Part shown: in pieces, positions 26,307 to 42,967 of the stretch
Numbering within the stretch: the stretch's first letter is position 1
Layout: the number at the start of each line of letters is the position of its first letter
Program-made: the position numbers and the translations under genes
Source: Syncephalis fuscata S228
Lineage: Eukaryota > Fungi > Zoopagomycota
Length of the DNA stretch: 64,000 nt
Assembly (NCBI GenBank): GCA_025786725.1
Contig: JAHLTZ010000027.1
Location: 186,001 to 250,000 of the forward strand
Direction of reading: 5' to 3'
The notes under the pieces: generated by a model
Database searches by the model: none
What the model saw: only the letters and a program-made list of their open reading frames with translations
What the model was told of the DNA's origin: nothing

Positions 26307-26455
26307 CATTTATTGTTTGTTTGGTGGTCAAATGGCTAAATTTAGTAACATCCAATTTATTGAACATGATGATGGATGGTGAATAACAATAAAGTCTAAA
26401 CTACTCATCATTGTAGATTTATCATCCAGTATGCATATATTCAGTATACATATAT
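26307..26455 (+). repeat. Solo copy of the MITE-like terminal repeat
   Basis: Matches 8327-8442 and the reverse complement of about 8990-9135. Confidence 0.75.
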
Positions 26456-26863
26456 TTCATTCCTACTCTATCCCATACTATCCCATACTATCATATCATA
26501 TATAAATCACACAGGCTTAATAAAAGTAGTTTGTTATAGATAATGGTAGTTGTTGCAAGGTTCAATACGTTGAACTTCTTTTATTCAGTAAATGTATACA
26601 CACATTATATTTTCTCGCTACTATTCACAGCTTTTATTACTTTTGATTTCAACGTATTGTAATAATACAGATAAGCTAGCAATTGGCTGGTACGAGTTAT
26701 CATGCACAATAAATGTCATTATCATAAAGCCATGAGTATTATTGGTTAAGTGTGATGTGTTCAGGAGCGTTTATAGAATGTCAGTGACCCACTAATTGTC
26801 ATCACCATAACACATTTGTAACTTTTCTTATTGTATTTGAATTTAATTCCCATCAAAGTGCTC

Positions 26864-29090
26864 ATGGCATCAAATGTTGTTGTTTCCTACGATAACGGTC
26901 ATCGAAGACAGCCGGTTAAGACCACGCCCATGATGTCTCTCACGGCAATAGTGGCAATGGTCGTGGAGAAGCACCAATTAGGCGATCCCAGCTCGTATGC
27001 ATTAAAGTAAGAATTGAACAATAAATCTAATATACCTCGTCAACTAATATACAATGATTGTAGATAAAGACAAAAGTGTTGGATATGTCGTTGACGGTGC
27101 GCTTTGCCAATCTACCACCCGGGGCCAGCCTTGATTTGGTTAAACAGAAGCGGTCAACAGGTAAGTTTGAACGATAGCTTATAATGTTTGTATGACTGAC
27201 CAGACTGATAGCCAACGCGGAAATAACCATTGCCGTGCAATTGGATGATGGCGGCAGATTAATTCGCAAAGTACCAAACAGTATTACTTTTTGGGAGATA
27301 TTAGTACAGCTAGAAGTAGAATCAGATGGGTAGGCGAAAATAGTTGCAATTTTACTTAAAGAATCTTTAATAACAATTTGATAGCGTATTGAATCTAACT
27401 AGAAGGGAAGTGGCCGAATCACAGCCAGAAAAGTCGAATAAGATGCGTAATTGGTTGAAGAAAGACGCTTCAACACTGGCAACAGCTACACCGCCACCTG
27501 GTACATTTCTTCAGCCAGTCTGTATGTTGATGAATCGCGAGGTGAGTCGATGACTGTGCACTTGCTTAATCTAATAATATTCAGTATGCAACAATAAATG
27601 AATTAAAAAATACATCGCTGGCATCTGTTGGATTAACATCGGGCAATGCCGTGATACGTGTCAGCTTCCGTCCTGGTCAACAAATGCTTGCCGATGTCTT
27701 AGCTAGCCAATCTATTTCATCTCAAAAGAAAGATACAGCTATTGATGAAGTGTCAAAACCAGCCTCGATTCTAGATAGTGCTATAGATGAAGATTTATCA
27801 ATTGGACACCGGGCCTGAATAATGATGATAATAATCATGACAGCAAGCATTCGACGCCAACTGAATCGATTACCAGTATAACTGCTGATTCATCCCAATT
27901 AATAGCGCCAAATACCGATATGCCAGATCCAATAGCAGATACAATTGATACAAGACAACCCAATGACAGCCAAGCTAATGAAGCATCGCCTATTGTGGCA
28001 TCGGATACTAAAGAAGCACCAGCACCATCCTTCTCTAATAATGACGCAGACACAAGCCCATCTGTGTCTAAAACAATAGATCGTATGGTATCTGTATTTC
28101 GTGCTCCTCCCCCAGGCACTTCAATGGCACATCATCAAAGTAAGATTTAGTTAAAGTGCAGAATTTGTAATTAATTTGATTATTAGTTGACCTTCCTGAT
28201 TCATTCTTCGAGTTGACCCAGCAGAGTTGAAAATGATTTGGAGTGCACAGCAAGCTAAACGGGCAGCACTTGAGAATTCACCCCTCCAAACAAGAACTAT
28301 GAGGGAGGCTGAAGAGGAAAAGCGCAAGCAAAGGTATCCCAAAGTAAGTCATGCTGAATAAACTACCTTTATCTATAATCTAAAATACTATAGACCATGA
28401 TCCGCGTCCGATTTCCCAACCGTATCCAACTACAATTACAATTTCTTTCCCGAGAAACAGGTAAATGAATTGTGGATCAAATATTAATCAGTTATTGATT
28501 TACATGCCATTAGTGGGACGAGTCTACGCTATTGTTAGACAGCATTTATTAGAGCCGCAACGCCCATTTACTTTGTGTAATTATTTATAATTTATATTTT
28601 ATTTTGCTATTTACAGTAAAGATTTAATAGACGTCACGCCGCCTCGACAAAATCTGACCGATTTGAGTGTTAGATTGATGGATGCTCATTTAGCACCAGC
28701 CAGTTTGGTGCATTTTGTATGGAATGAACCAGGCAAGTAAAATATGTAGTTTATTACTTACAGTGTAAAGATAATAACTAGATTTATTAGGATCCGGAAA
28801 TGAGCATTATTTAATTGAAAGTACAATGACATTAGCCAAAGATTTACCCGAACTGGCTGTTACAGAAACAGCAGCGGCGGAATCTCGGCCTGAACACTCA
28901 TCACCCTCAACAGAAAGCAGTACTGCCAATCAAAGCACATCATCGACATCAGCACGTTTAGGTAGCAGCAATAGCAACGAAGCTAATTCAATGAAATTAC
29001 CAAAGTGGATGAAACTTAGTAAGTTATTTTGATGATATTAATCTGACAATGACTAATAACAAGATGATAACAACAATAGGTAAAAAATAG
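26864..29090 (+). CDS. TUG/ASPL-like UBX-domain protein (Ubx4), multi-exon
   Basis: N-terminal TUG-UBL1 (VKTTPMMSL...DMSLTVRFANLPPGASLDLV); PLQTRTMRE..KYPKTMIRVRFPNRIQLQ; LAPASLVHF; C-terminal KLPKWMKL. GC-AG intron 28733-28790; indel near 27810. Confidence 0.88.
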
Positions 29091-29399
29091 ATCTGCTATG
29101 TTGCAATATGGTCGTTGCAGGAAACATGATCCAATGCAGATTACGTGCTTGACTCTGCTTTTTGGTTTACTTTCCTATTGGCGCCAGAGATTTAGCTTTA
29201 AGCTAAGACTCTAAATGTTTTCTTTTTTACATTGTTAAAACATAAAACGATATAAATCGAAGTGAATGATTAAAGTGCATGATTATTGTTAATATACTTG
29301 CTTAGTTAGTATTGCTGATATTTGAATGGAAATTAAACAGAAAATAGACATAATACTTTGATCGAATACAATTAAAATGAAACCATATGCTTATTCTTA

Positions 29400-30712
29400 C
29401 AAACTTGCATAGCTGGATAGACACAACTGACTGCAGACTTGTTGTTAATACAATAGCATCATTGGTTAAAAGTAAATAAACCGGAATATTGGCTAGAATT
29501 TGACATGGAAGTGGACTAAACGGCATTAGTTTGTTAAGTCTATACTTTTTGAAATACTTACTGGTGTACACAAATCAACTGCGCTTTTCAAACCATGAAA
29601 ATATGCCGATTGTTTTACATTTATATATTCAATTGAATATTACGTTTTAACTAAAAAATAAGCAGTCTATTTCACACTGTGCTGCCATTAGCTAATATAT
29701 AACTTGTTTTTAACAATCGGATGTTTTTATTGATTATTAGTTGTTTTGTACGACATTATTAATAACAAAGCATTGAATCGACTATTGCTATTATTGGCCG
29801 TTTGTTTTATATATATATTGATGTAAAGCATCAGATTGAACCATCGGGTGTTTGCTAGATATGATCAGGTTTAAATATACAACGGTAATGTACATAGCAA
29901 TGCATAGCATATCAGCTAATGGCAATTTCAGTGCATAAATAGCCTATTTAACAATTATTAGCTGATAACATATGTTTTTATGATCACTATGATTGAGTAT
30001 ATATTTACACATCAGATTACCAAACATTATGGCAATAATATTGGATAAGACTGCGGATTGAGAATTAGTGACAATGGCTTTGACATACATTATTGGTAGT
30101 TTGGAAACAAATAGTGATCTATCATTTTAATTTTAAATTTTGTAATTACTCGCAAGGTTGTTTCTTTTATATTTAAAGCAAGCAAGTTTGTAAAATTATT
30201 GTTTTTATTTTAAATGCTATCAAACTAACGTTACAAGTATATTAGAACATAGTAATGATAATTATTTTATTTATGCTACCAAGATGTATTGAATATTCAT
30301 TAAATAAATAGCTTTTTTAGTTGTAAGTTGGAATTATTTTTTATTGATATATATAGGCAATAAGGAATAAAGTAATACAGATACCATAAAATGAGCAGGT
30401 GAAAGTGCGTGAATGCAAATGACGAGGTTACAATATGCATGGCAGTGAGATGAATCAGGCTTTATAATAAATACGGTTGGTAATAAACAAGCTGCTTTTA
30501 TTAATAGTGTGGAATTAGTAAACAATATAATAACATAAAATTAAGGAGTGGATAAGATTCAATTGCAAAAATAAGAGCATGCGACGGAATAACATACTTA
30601 AAGTAAAAGAATAGAAACGTATACAATGTGTCGTTAGACCATGTGACATTTGCAATAACAACATTTGTAACAATACCGAAAAAGCAACGACGGTCATAGC
30701 AGAGGAAGGCAT
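29400..30712 (-). pseudogene. Spliced relic or lncRNA: canonical introns but no coherent ORF
   Basis: Minus-strand GT..CTAAT..AG introns at 29516-29561, 29944-30008 and 30051-30088. The exons contain stops in the joined frames. Confidence 0.35.
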
Positions 30713-30900
30713 GTGATTGTTAAAATGGCCACTTGTGCCTATTCTAGTTATCCATTTCGCTTCCGCTTTTATTTCTCTTCTCTTTCTGACGACTATTTGT
30801 AATGGATAGCATGGGCTACAGCCAGTCTATATTGCCTAGACAGTGGTCGAGGCTAGAACATAGCACTGCGTCTACTATATCCAAGCACTTTTTTAATATC

Positions 30901-31920
30901 ATGTCTACGTCTATCCGGCAAAGACTATCCCCTTCAGCTATTTTGTTAATAGCTTGCTTCCTAGTTATTACTGTCGTTGAGGCCAAAGAACAAACGCAAC
31001 AGCAACATACTGACACCAAAGACCCTAGCCATGAACAGCCAGTAGTACATCCAATGGTGGCATATTCAGCAAGTATAGTTGTAGGATGGGTTAGTCAAGC
31101 CTTATATTATTTATTACGCCCGTTTTATCTGGCCGGTTACTGGGTCGTTTATATCACAATTCTACTGCCAGGACAGCTATTATATAGCGCCTATGTGGCT
31201 GTGGCACCTATCATTGGATTTCTACTTGTGGCGGCCGGTGTTGGTGTCTGCATGGGTGGCGGAGCAGCATGGTCAGTGCAAACAGCAGCAGAGATGGGCT
31301 GGGGCGATGTTGCAGGCATTTTTTCCTCCAACGCTGCCATTACTGAACAAGATGCAAACGATAAAGAGAACGACGAGGATGATGATCGCATGTCGAATTT
31401 TTCACTATTCTACGACCATGCTAACACTGCTAGAATTGACGGTGCAAAGTATTCAAAGCAAGGTGTACTTCATCGAAGGGATACACTAATGACAGAGCTG
31501 TCCAACTTTTCCGATTGGGAAAGTGAAGACAACGACGAGGATGATGAAGATGACGAGCCGCCAAGTGATAAAGAGGACCCAACTCGTTTATTTGATGCCA
31601 TTCTTGAACGTAACAGAAAACAACAAGAAGAGATGGCATTGGGTAAAGTACCGGCTGACTATGCTTTATGGAATCAAAATTCTACTCACGCCAATACTGG
31701 CAATCATAAACATTCCGCGTATCATGAATATAACACCAATTCAACAATGTCCAATTACAAAACACGACCACAAACTGACACAGGCGACTTAGATGACAAA
31801 GATAGTTTATTATACGAGCGAGACCATAGCGATGCATTTGAAGAAGCACATGCAGCCAATGGCCGTGCCACTACTTCAAATGCCTATGGCAAAGAAAATG
31901 AATCTCGTAAAACAGTCTAA
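30901..31920 (+). CDS. Hypothetical membrane protein (signal/TM, hydrophobic Gly-rich hairpin, acidic tail)
   Basis: Intronless ORF; hydrophobic segments AILLIACFLVITVVEA and YSASIVV...AAGVGVCMGGGAAW; D/E-rich C-terminal half. Confidence 0.75.
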   Translation: MSTSIRQRLSPSAILLIACFLVITVVEAKEQTQQQHTDTKDPSHEQPVVHPMVAYSASIVVGWVSQALYYLLRPFYLAGYWVVYITILLPGQLLYSAYVAVAPIIGFLLVAAGVGVCMGGGAAWSVQTAAEMGWGDVAGIFSSNAAITEQDANDKENDEDDDRMSNFSLFYDHANTARIDGAKYSKQGVLHRRDTLMTELSNFSDWESEDNDEDDEDDEPPSDKEDPTRLFDAILERNRKQQEEMALGKVPADYALWNQNSTHANTGNHKHSAYHEYNTNSTMSNYKTRPQTDTGDLDDKDSLLYERDHSDAFEEAHAANGRATTSNAYGKENESRKTV

Positions 31921-32131
31921 TTGTCGTTTATGCTTAGCGTTGAATAAGTAGATATGATTTATTATACAATTATCACGATAGCCATCGCGATCATTACTAT
32001 TGATATTATTGCTATTTCCATACCTATCCCCTCTATTGTTTGCCTCTGTTGCGATTATGATAATTACTATTAATATTAAATGCCTGGTGTAGAAAAAGAA
32101 AAATATTATTCATGGCTAGCCATAAGCCAAA

Positions 32132-33946
32132 TTAAAGATAAATGGGTGTTTGTTGAGTACGTCGGCGATAAAGGCCAATCGATATGGCAAACGATATCAA
32201 GCACGCAATACCAGTGACAATGAATACGCTTCGATAGCAAGCATTGCCTTCACAGTGACTAGATGACGATGAAAGGGAAGGTGACGCTGGCTGATGTGAA
32301 TCAGCTATAATGCCAAACAGTGTAATAAACAGTTGACCACCGAATGCTGGAGCCAGTGCTAGCCATCCACTATTAGATACAGATTATGTTAATTAATAAA
32401 ATAATTAAAACTGATTAATTGTTACTTACATGCTACGACCAATAAGTGTGCTATCCCACATTTCACTGGCCAGTGTAGGCAACAGCACATCCAATGCACC
32501 AAAAGCCAAACCATTAGCAATTGAAATGCAAAATAGTCCAATGGCACTTGTTGCAAAGAAGCCACCAAACTGAGCCATTAATAAGGCCAGGACACTGGCT
32601 TTTAGCAACCAAAGACGATGTAGACGTGCTGTATTAACAGCATGATCCGACATACAGCCAATAATCAATTGGCCGGCACCGCTGGCTGCTCCAAATGCTG
32701 CCACCTGAGCACTTACTGTAGCAAATAGACTAGGCACTTTTTGAAAATCATACGACTGCACCATACTGCCCACACAGTTGATGTACATGATGCCTACACC
32801 AACTGCCAGACATTTGATGAGCCATAAAGCAACAAAGTCTTTATCTGTTAAAAGTGTTGTTAGTGTCGTTGTAGTCTCTGAAAATTCATAGGCCAGTAAT
32901 GAATCGTCTTCGTTAAGAAGAATTGACGGTGTAGGCGATGGTGGCAGTAGTGGTGGTGGCGGCAATGGTAGTAGTAGGTTTGCCTGAACAACTGGCGCTT
33001 CATTCTCGTAGTGGTGCTGCTGTTCAAGGTCACGATATGGAGTGGTGGGCCGTTCCGAATCCGAAAGCGTAATATTCGATAAAAGTGACTGGTGGCTAGT
33101 GCCAGAATTGGATCTGGAGTGTGACCGTGAAGGCGACTCTTCAATATAGATTTCAGGCAATGGTTGATGATATACAATATCTTCAGGTCGAATGGAAGGC
33201 GCAGGGGAGGGACCAGGTGCTGCATCACGTGTATTGGTCAGCCAGTCTGTCCAGCTAGGCTGCAACGATACAAGTAAACCAAAGGTACCACAAAGTGCGG
33301 CCAATAACTGTAGAAAGTCATGTGGTGGTGCTGATGATTTGGCCAATGGTGACGATTCAGCTGACTGCGTTTCATAAGTGGCAAACGAGCCATGAAGAAG
33401 TGCGAATACACAGGCCGATAGACCAAATATACCAAGTACAACACCGAATGCCGTACCACGATAAATAGCTGGCAAACGATGCGCCACTGTTAGCAAGGCA
33501 ACCGAGCAAGCTATTGTTGTGCCGATACCCGTCATGGCAGCCAATACCATGGCTAACACATAAGATGTGGTAAATAGCTCATGATTGCACATCATGGCTA
33601 AGCCATAGTAGCCGGAGAAAAGCAGTAAAGCACCAAAGAATGAAGATCTATTATCCAGTTAAATGATTAGTATACTTAATTTAGTGCTTGTATTGCTATT
33701 GGTGCTGCTGTTTAAGGATTTGCCTTACCGGTGAGGTCCCATACGATCGACATAGGCACCGACCAGCGGTGCGCTAAGATAATGCGCCACATTAGCAGCC
33801 GCTGCGACTTGACTCAACTGTAGCTGAGTATAGCCAAGTCGAGTGGCCAACTGTGGACCAAATAGCGAAAATGTATTAGCAGTGCCGGCAGCTAACATGC
33901 CCAAGACGGCACATGCCAACGAAGCAAGCTGACTGAGTTTAGCCAT
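32132..33946 (-). CDS. MFS transporter, Mch1/nodulin-like, 3 exons
   Basis: LAAGTANTFSLFGPQLATRLGYTQ, YVDRMGP, final exon GWLALAPAFGGQLF...CEGNACYR. Introns at about 33648-33728 and 32370-32429. Confidence 0.88.
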
Positions 33947-34803
33947 TGATGCAGCACTCAATATTAGTGGCTTATCAATGAAGCGGAGTTATTAAATAGT
34001 AGGAATAATACCGATACGAATAGTGTGATAACGAAGACAAATAAAAGTGTTATGATTATGATTATGATTATAATTATTATTTGTGCATCAAAAATACGTA
34101 AATGCAAAGTAGTATAGTTGCGACGAGGATGTGGAACACGAAAGAGAAACAGATAGAAACGAAAGTAGAATTGGGAACAGAGCGCTCTTATAAGATGATA
34201 CAAAGTTGTTTGTGATGTTCAAGGCGATAGAGCAAAGAAAAGAAAGTGAAATGGCACCTCGGGCTTTTTTCTCTGTCTGGCGCATGGGGAGGCGACACAC
34301 CGTCACAAAAAAAGAATGGCTGTGGCGCATGCAAAAAGCAGGCGAATGCCAGTGCAGAAGGAAGGGATAAATGTGTGAGTGAGTGTGAACATGGCATCCG
34401 TGATAGTGGTTGTGGCGTTGGTGACAGCGTTTCATGCCCGAATGAGTAACAAGGAGCACAAGGCGGCCAGAGCAGCAGTGGTCGTAGTAGTGGTGATAGT
34501 ATAGCAACAGCAACGGCTGCTGTGACAAGTTGGGCCATGTCGATGCACGCGCATTTTCTTCACACCGCCATTGCCATGCATCATTACTTTACTGATGATC
34601 CAATGGCATTTCGTTAGATTAGATGCAGTATAGACAAGGTCGACGACAATGCTAATGAATGCGTCATCCATCACTACAAGTATTGATACTACTATTAATG
34701 ATACTGAAACCGATATTATTATTGTAATAATTAATGTAAATTGACTGGCATTAATTACTGATTGCCATATTTGGAAGTCAAATAATTAAAGGATTAATTT
34801 TTT

Positions 34804-34804
34804 G

Positions 34805-34849
<45 letters not shown>
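34804..34849. repeat. (TTA)n microsatellite; similar tracts at about 38475-38516 and 42837-42860
   Basis: Directly visible. Confidence 0.9.
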
Positions 34850-34850
<1 letters not shown>

Positions 34851-34934
34851 GAATTAGAATTAAAATAGATCAATTACGACGCCATCTCCTTATTTTTTTC
34901 TTGTTGTTATTACTCAATAAGCCTTGTTTACACG

Positions 34935-36963
<2,029 letters not shown>

Positions 36964-37087
36964 ATAAATTTGTTTTAATATTTTATTGAAATGAAATTAT
37001 TCATTATTGTTGTTGTTGTTGTTATTATTCTACGTATTATAATGATGAGCGCTATTAATTCATAACTTGTTAGCAATAAATGAAAAG

Positions 37088-37487
37088 TTACGCCACACTA
37101 CTCTCTCCAGCTATGCGATTAATACGCTGTTGCAGTTTGTTAGCACATTTATCGAGTGCATCCACTATTGTTATATTAAACATTAATATAATAAACACTA
37201 ATTTATTTACTTACATCTTATAGTAACAGAATCAGTTGGTGCAGTCAATTTTGCTTTCTATACATGTATAAATATTATATAATCTAAACTAATATTAACA
37301 TCCACTAACCAATGTTTTAATTGTTTCTTGAGTCTAATAGCATTATTAGCTGGTCATTTAGCTATGTCTACACTATACTTACCGAGTCTAGTAGAACCTT
37401 AGTGGCATCTACTGTAGTAGATTGTGCTCCATCTTCAATAGAACCTTGAATGTCGGCACTATTTGCAGTTTCTTCCGTAATAGTCAT
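37088..37487 (-). CDS. Small 82-aa coiled-coil protein, 4 exons (possibly HSBP1-like)
   Basis: Three canonical introns splice in frame to give MTITEETANSADIQGSIEDGAQSTTVDATKVLLDSTQETIKTLKAKLTAPTDSVTIRLDALDKCANKLQQRINRIAGESSVA. Confidence 0.7.
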
Positions 37488-37866
37488 TGTATTGTTGTAC
37501 TTAAGAGCAAGACTATGGCTGACTTGTGATTCAGCTAGAATGAAAAAGTAAAAGTATGATGAGGTTGTATTATAAGAATAGATGAATACTTTTGAATGTC
37601 ACATTAACAATGTAACGCCAATAAAATTGATACAGCACATTTTGAATTTGAATTTACTAAATAATAGATTAGTAGTTAATATAGTGTAAAGATTAGTTAA
37701 TATTTATTATTTCTAAATAGTACATTGTGTTATTAGTGATAAAATAGCATTTAAACTTCAATGCCATTCAATTATCTTATTAACTTTTATGCTGTATTAT
37801 TAAATCAATTCATGGTTTTTCTTTTTTCTTTTAACTCAGTTAATACTTTTGTCGTTTATACGTACG

Positions 37867-38473
37867 ATGGCGCCCAAATTATGTTCAATTTGCCAGAAAG
37901 AACGGGCGATGCTTCGTCGACCAAAGACATTGCAGAGACTGTGTCGTGAATGCTTCTACGCAGTCTTTGAGACTGAAATTCATCAAACTATACAGCGACA
38001 CCGATTGTTTAAACGTGGCGATCGAGTAGCTATTGGTGCTTCGGGCGGCAAAGGTGGCTAAGCTGCAACTAGGCAACACTTGTAGCTTATATTCTATAAT
38101 ATGTATACTGTTAGATTCCACGGTACTGGCCTATGTAATGAAGCTGCTTAACGAACGATATGACTATGGATTGGATCTATTTCTTTTATCAGTCGATGAA
38201 GGTATTACTGGATATCGTGACGATTCACTTGAGGTAAGAGATCTTTTAGATTGTATAATATAGATATATGTGTGTGTGTGTCAGTAATAATAGTACTGAC
38301 ATAACTGAATAGACAGTAAAGCGTAACAGAGATCAATATGCACTTCCACTTAAAATTGTTTCCTATGAAGAACTTTATGGTTGGACAATGGATCGAATTG
38401 TAGCAACTATTGGTCAAAAGAATAACTGTAAGTAGAGCTATTAATTAATTGTTTATTTTAAACTATATATTAA

Positions 38474-38516
<43 letters not shown>

Positions 38517-39273
38517 GGTACGTTTTGTGGTGTATTTCGCCGTCAAGCACTTGATCGTGGTGCTGCACTTCTTGGCGTCAACCATATTGTTACAGGCCAT
38601 AATGCCGATGATGTGGCTGAGACTGTGCTTATGAATAGTAAGATCAACTAACAGATACTCGCTTATATCCTACTGATTGCCATCACTACTTATTAATCTA
38701 TTGACTATTAGTATTACGCGGTGATATTGCTCGTTTACAGCGCTGTACCGAGATTGTAACGGCCGGTGATATGGAAGGTGCATTGCCACGGTCCAAGCCA
38801 TTCAAATATACGTATGAAAAGGAGATTGTTATGTATGCATACTTTAAGAAGCTAGATTATTTCTCTACTGAATGCATCTACTCACCAAATGCATATCGTG
38901 GCTATGCCCGCGCCTTTCTAAAGGATCTGGAGGCAACACGTCCCAGTGCGATTCTAGATATTATTCATGCTGGTGAAGAGCTAACAGTTAGAAATGACGT
39001 CAAAATGCCGGTACAAGGTAATTATCATTGTTTAATTTACCGGTCTATACTTATATAGCCATCTGTATAATGCTATTTAATGGTTAGGCCAATGTGAACG
39101 TTGTGGCTATGTAGCAAGTAACAAATTATGCAAAGCCTGTGTTTTACTAGAAGGATTAAATCGAGGTCTACCCAAGTAAGCATACCGTGCATCTAGCGAC
39201 ATAGCATTGTCCTATCGATTAACACGATTGATTCTATAGGCTTGGCGTATCTCGAAGTGCCAATAAAGAGTAG
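37867..39273 (+). CDS. NCS6: Cytoplasmic tRNA 2-thiolation protein 1
   Basis: CSIC..LRRPKT, SGGKDS PP-loop, [46 protein letters not shown]. Confidence 0.96.
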
Positions 39274-39530
39274 GCTATTTTTAGAATATACTATATACTA
39301 CATACTACATACTATATATTTATATTATATGATTGATTTGTCTGTATATGCCTTATTAAACTGCTATTGATCGGTCATTTATAACCATTTGTTTATACAA
39401 TTGCACAAACGATTGTTATGTATATACAGACTAGCAACGGCGGTAATAGCCAGCGCGACTGCGGATAACAACCGGTTGCCTAGCAGGTCTATGTAGATGA
39501 TGCATATATACAGTTCAGTAGGCGTGACGA

Positions 39531-39540
39531 TTTTCACATG
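39531..39540 (+). promoter_or_regulatory. ICRE/UAS-INO-like element TTTTCACATG upstream of PCT1
   Basis: Exact match to the yeast consensus WYTTCAYRTG, about 510 bp upstream of the ATG. Confidence 0.3.
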
Positions 39541-40008
39541 CCATCACGTTGTGCCTCGTTTTTTCCTACAAAATCGAAATTTCCTCGTTCTTGACCAAAC
39601 CAACCAACCTAACGCCTAGTACAACGGTTTCACTTGTTTGCTTCTTGGCTTGTGTTTTTATTCTCGTTGGGCTACTACTGCCGCCGCCGTTTTCGTTACC
39701 GTAATAACAACACAAGGTTTTCTTTTTGCATTCGTTTTGCATTCGTTTTGCTTAACGGTCACTTCCCGGCTATCTCTTTTCACTCCGCATACAACGTTCT
39801 TACTGCTTTCGGCTTTCTCCGGCTTCCTCTTTATTTCTTTACTTTCTTTTACATTAGTTACTGAACTGAACCGACGATTAGCAATTGCTTTACTTGCACA
39901 CTATACTGCCTGCACTCTACGACAACACTCACCTTGATGCCCTACTGAACTAACTAGCTAGCTAGCTAACTAACTAACCAGTTACTTTCTTTATTTTGTT
40001 GATTATAA

Positions 40009-41451
<1,443 letters not shown>

Positions 41452-42967
41452 TCTTTATAATATTCATTCTATAGTCTTACTTAACAGCAACAGCAACAAT
41501 AACCATAACACTATAATTAGCTGACTATCTAACATTAAGTTGATCCATCCCTTATGTTTCTTTATTTTTCTTATCCATACTATTATTTTATATCCTACCG
41601 ATTATTATATATAAAATAATAAAAGATTACTTGTGGTATATAGTTTGTTTTATTATGCAATAATGAATGGCACTTTTGTTAATTGAGTTACTGTTAAAGA
41701 TCAACTGTAATGCATCTAATGATTATTATTATTTATTACAGCAAAATATAAAAGTATACAATCACGGTTATCTAAAATAAAACACAAATACTAATAAAAA
41801 TACCAATAGTGCCATTGATGCGAACAAAGTAAAAATAGTATTTTTTTAATTAATAGCCACATGTCATAGGGGATTATCCTATGTAATTATTACTTTTTTT
41901 GCTTAATTGGCATCTATTTTGTCCATGCCAACTAATTTATGGATAATATCGGCACGAGTTGGCATAAGCACGTTTTATTTTCCGTGTTATCGGTGTTTAT
42001 TCACGTGGCATTCCAAGTGCATAAATTCCCTTGCTATCGATAGATAACAAATACCATGAATCAAATAGACATGTTGCCCTTGGTTTCCCGAAACGTTTAA
42101 ACTCCATCGACTTTTTTTTGATTGCGCAACTATTTTTACTACTTTCATGGGCCGTATCGCCATTATTAACGGAGTTTATTACAAACACTAGTCAGCCAAT
42201 TAACTGGATGTTTTAAGAAAGATAAAACTCGAACAACTTAGACGGCATTTCATTATCACTCGATTGCGTTTCATTCCAAACTAAAACGGTTTCTTTCTTT
42301 TTCTTCGTTTGAAACGAAATCCCTTTTATCGCAACTATAAAATCATTTACCACTTCTTTTTTTTTGAACCTGAAGCATAGGACTATTTTATTGACAAGAA
42401 AGGCTGCATCGTAAAAGTGAAAGAAAACAGGTAAATGTGTGATCAAGTGGCAATTGGTCTTTTCAGTCGTTGTTTGTTCATGTGAGGGCGAATAATAGTC
42501 CAATGAATGAACAGCACCATTGTATAATGCTGTGTACCCAGCCTGTTCATTCTTCATCATAGCCTTTGTTGAGTGAACACAAAAAGAATGGTGAATGGTT
42601 GTATGGATATGACAGTACATGTGTATCTGCGTGGTTATTTATGGTATGTACAGCAATAGCGAAGGCCATTTACATTGTTGTGTACCACTTTTACTGTTAT
42701 TGTTATAACTACCAGTAGATAGAGAACACACACACACACACACGGGCACTGATACGCGTGCAAGCCTCCTTTTGTTATCCTTGTTTTATAGCTGTAATTC
42801 CTTTTTTCATCGACGCTTACTAACTATTGCCATTCCTATTATTATTATTATTATTATTATTGTGGATATACCAGTAGTATTTTAGTTTTATTAGTAATAC
42901 TAGTAGGTTAGTTGTTGTTTATTTTTGGAATAGCCTAAAATAAAGTCGGGATGGGACGAGGCCGTCA

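Noticed and set aside
29120-29215. Hairpins in the TUG 3' region as SECIS or snoRNA
   Set aside because: No proper ATGA/GA quartet geometry and no box C/D or H/ACA layout.
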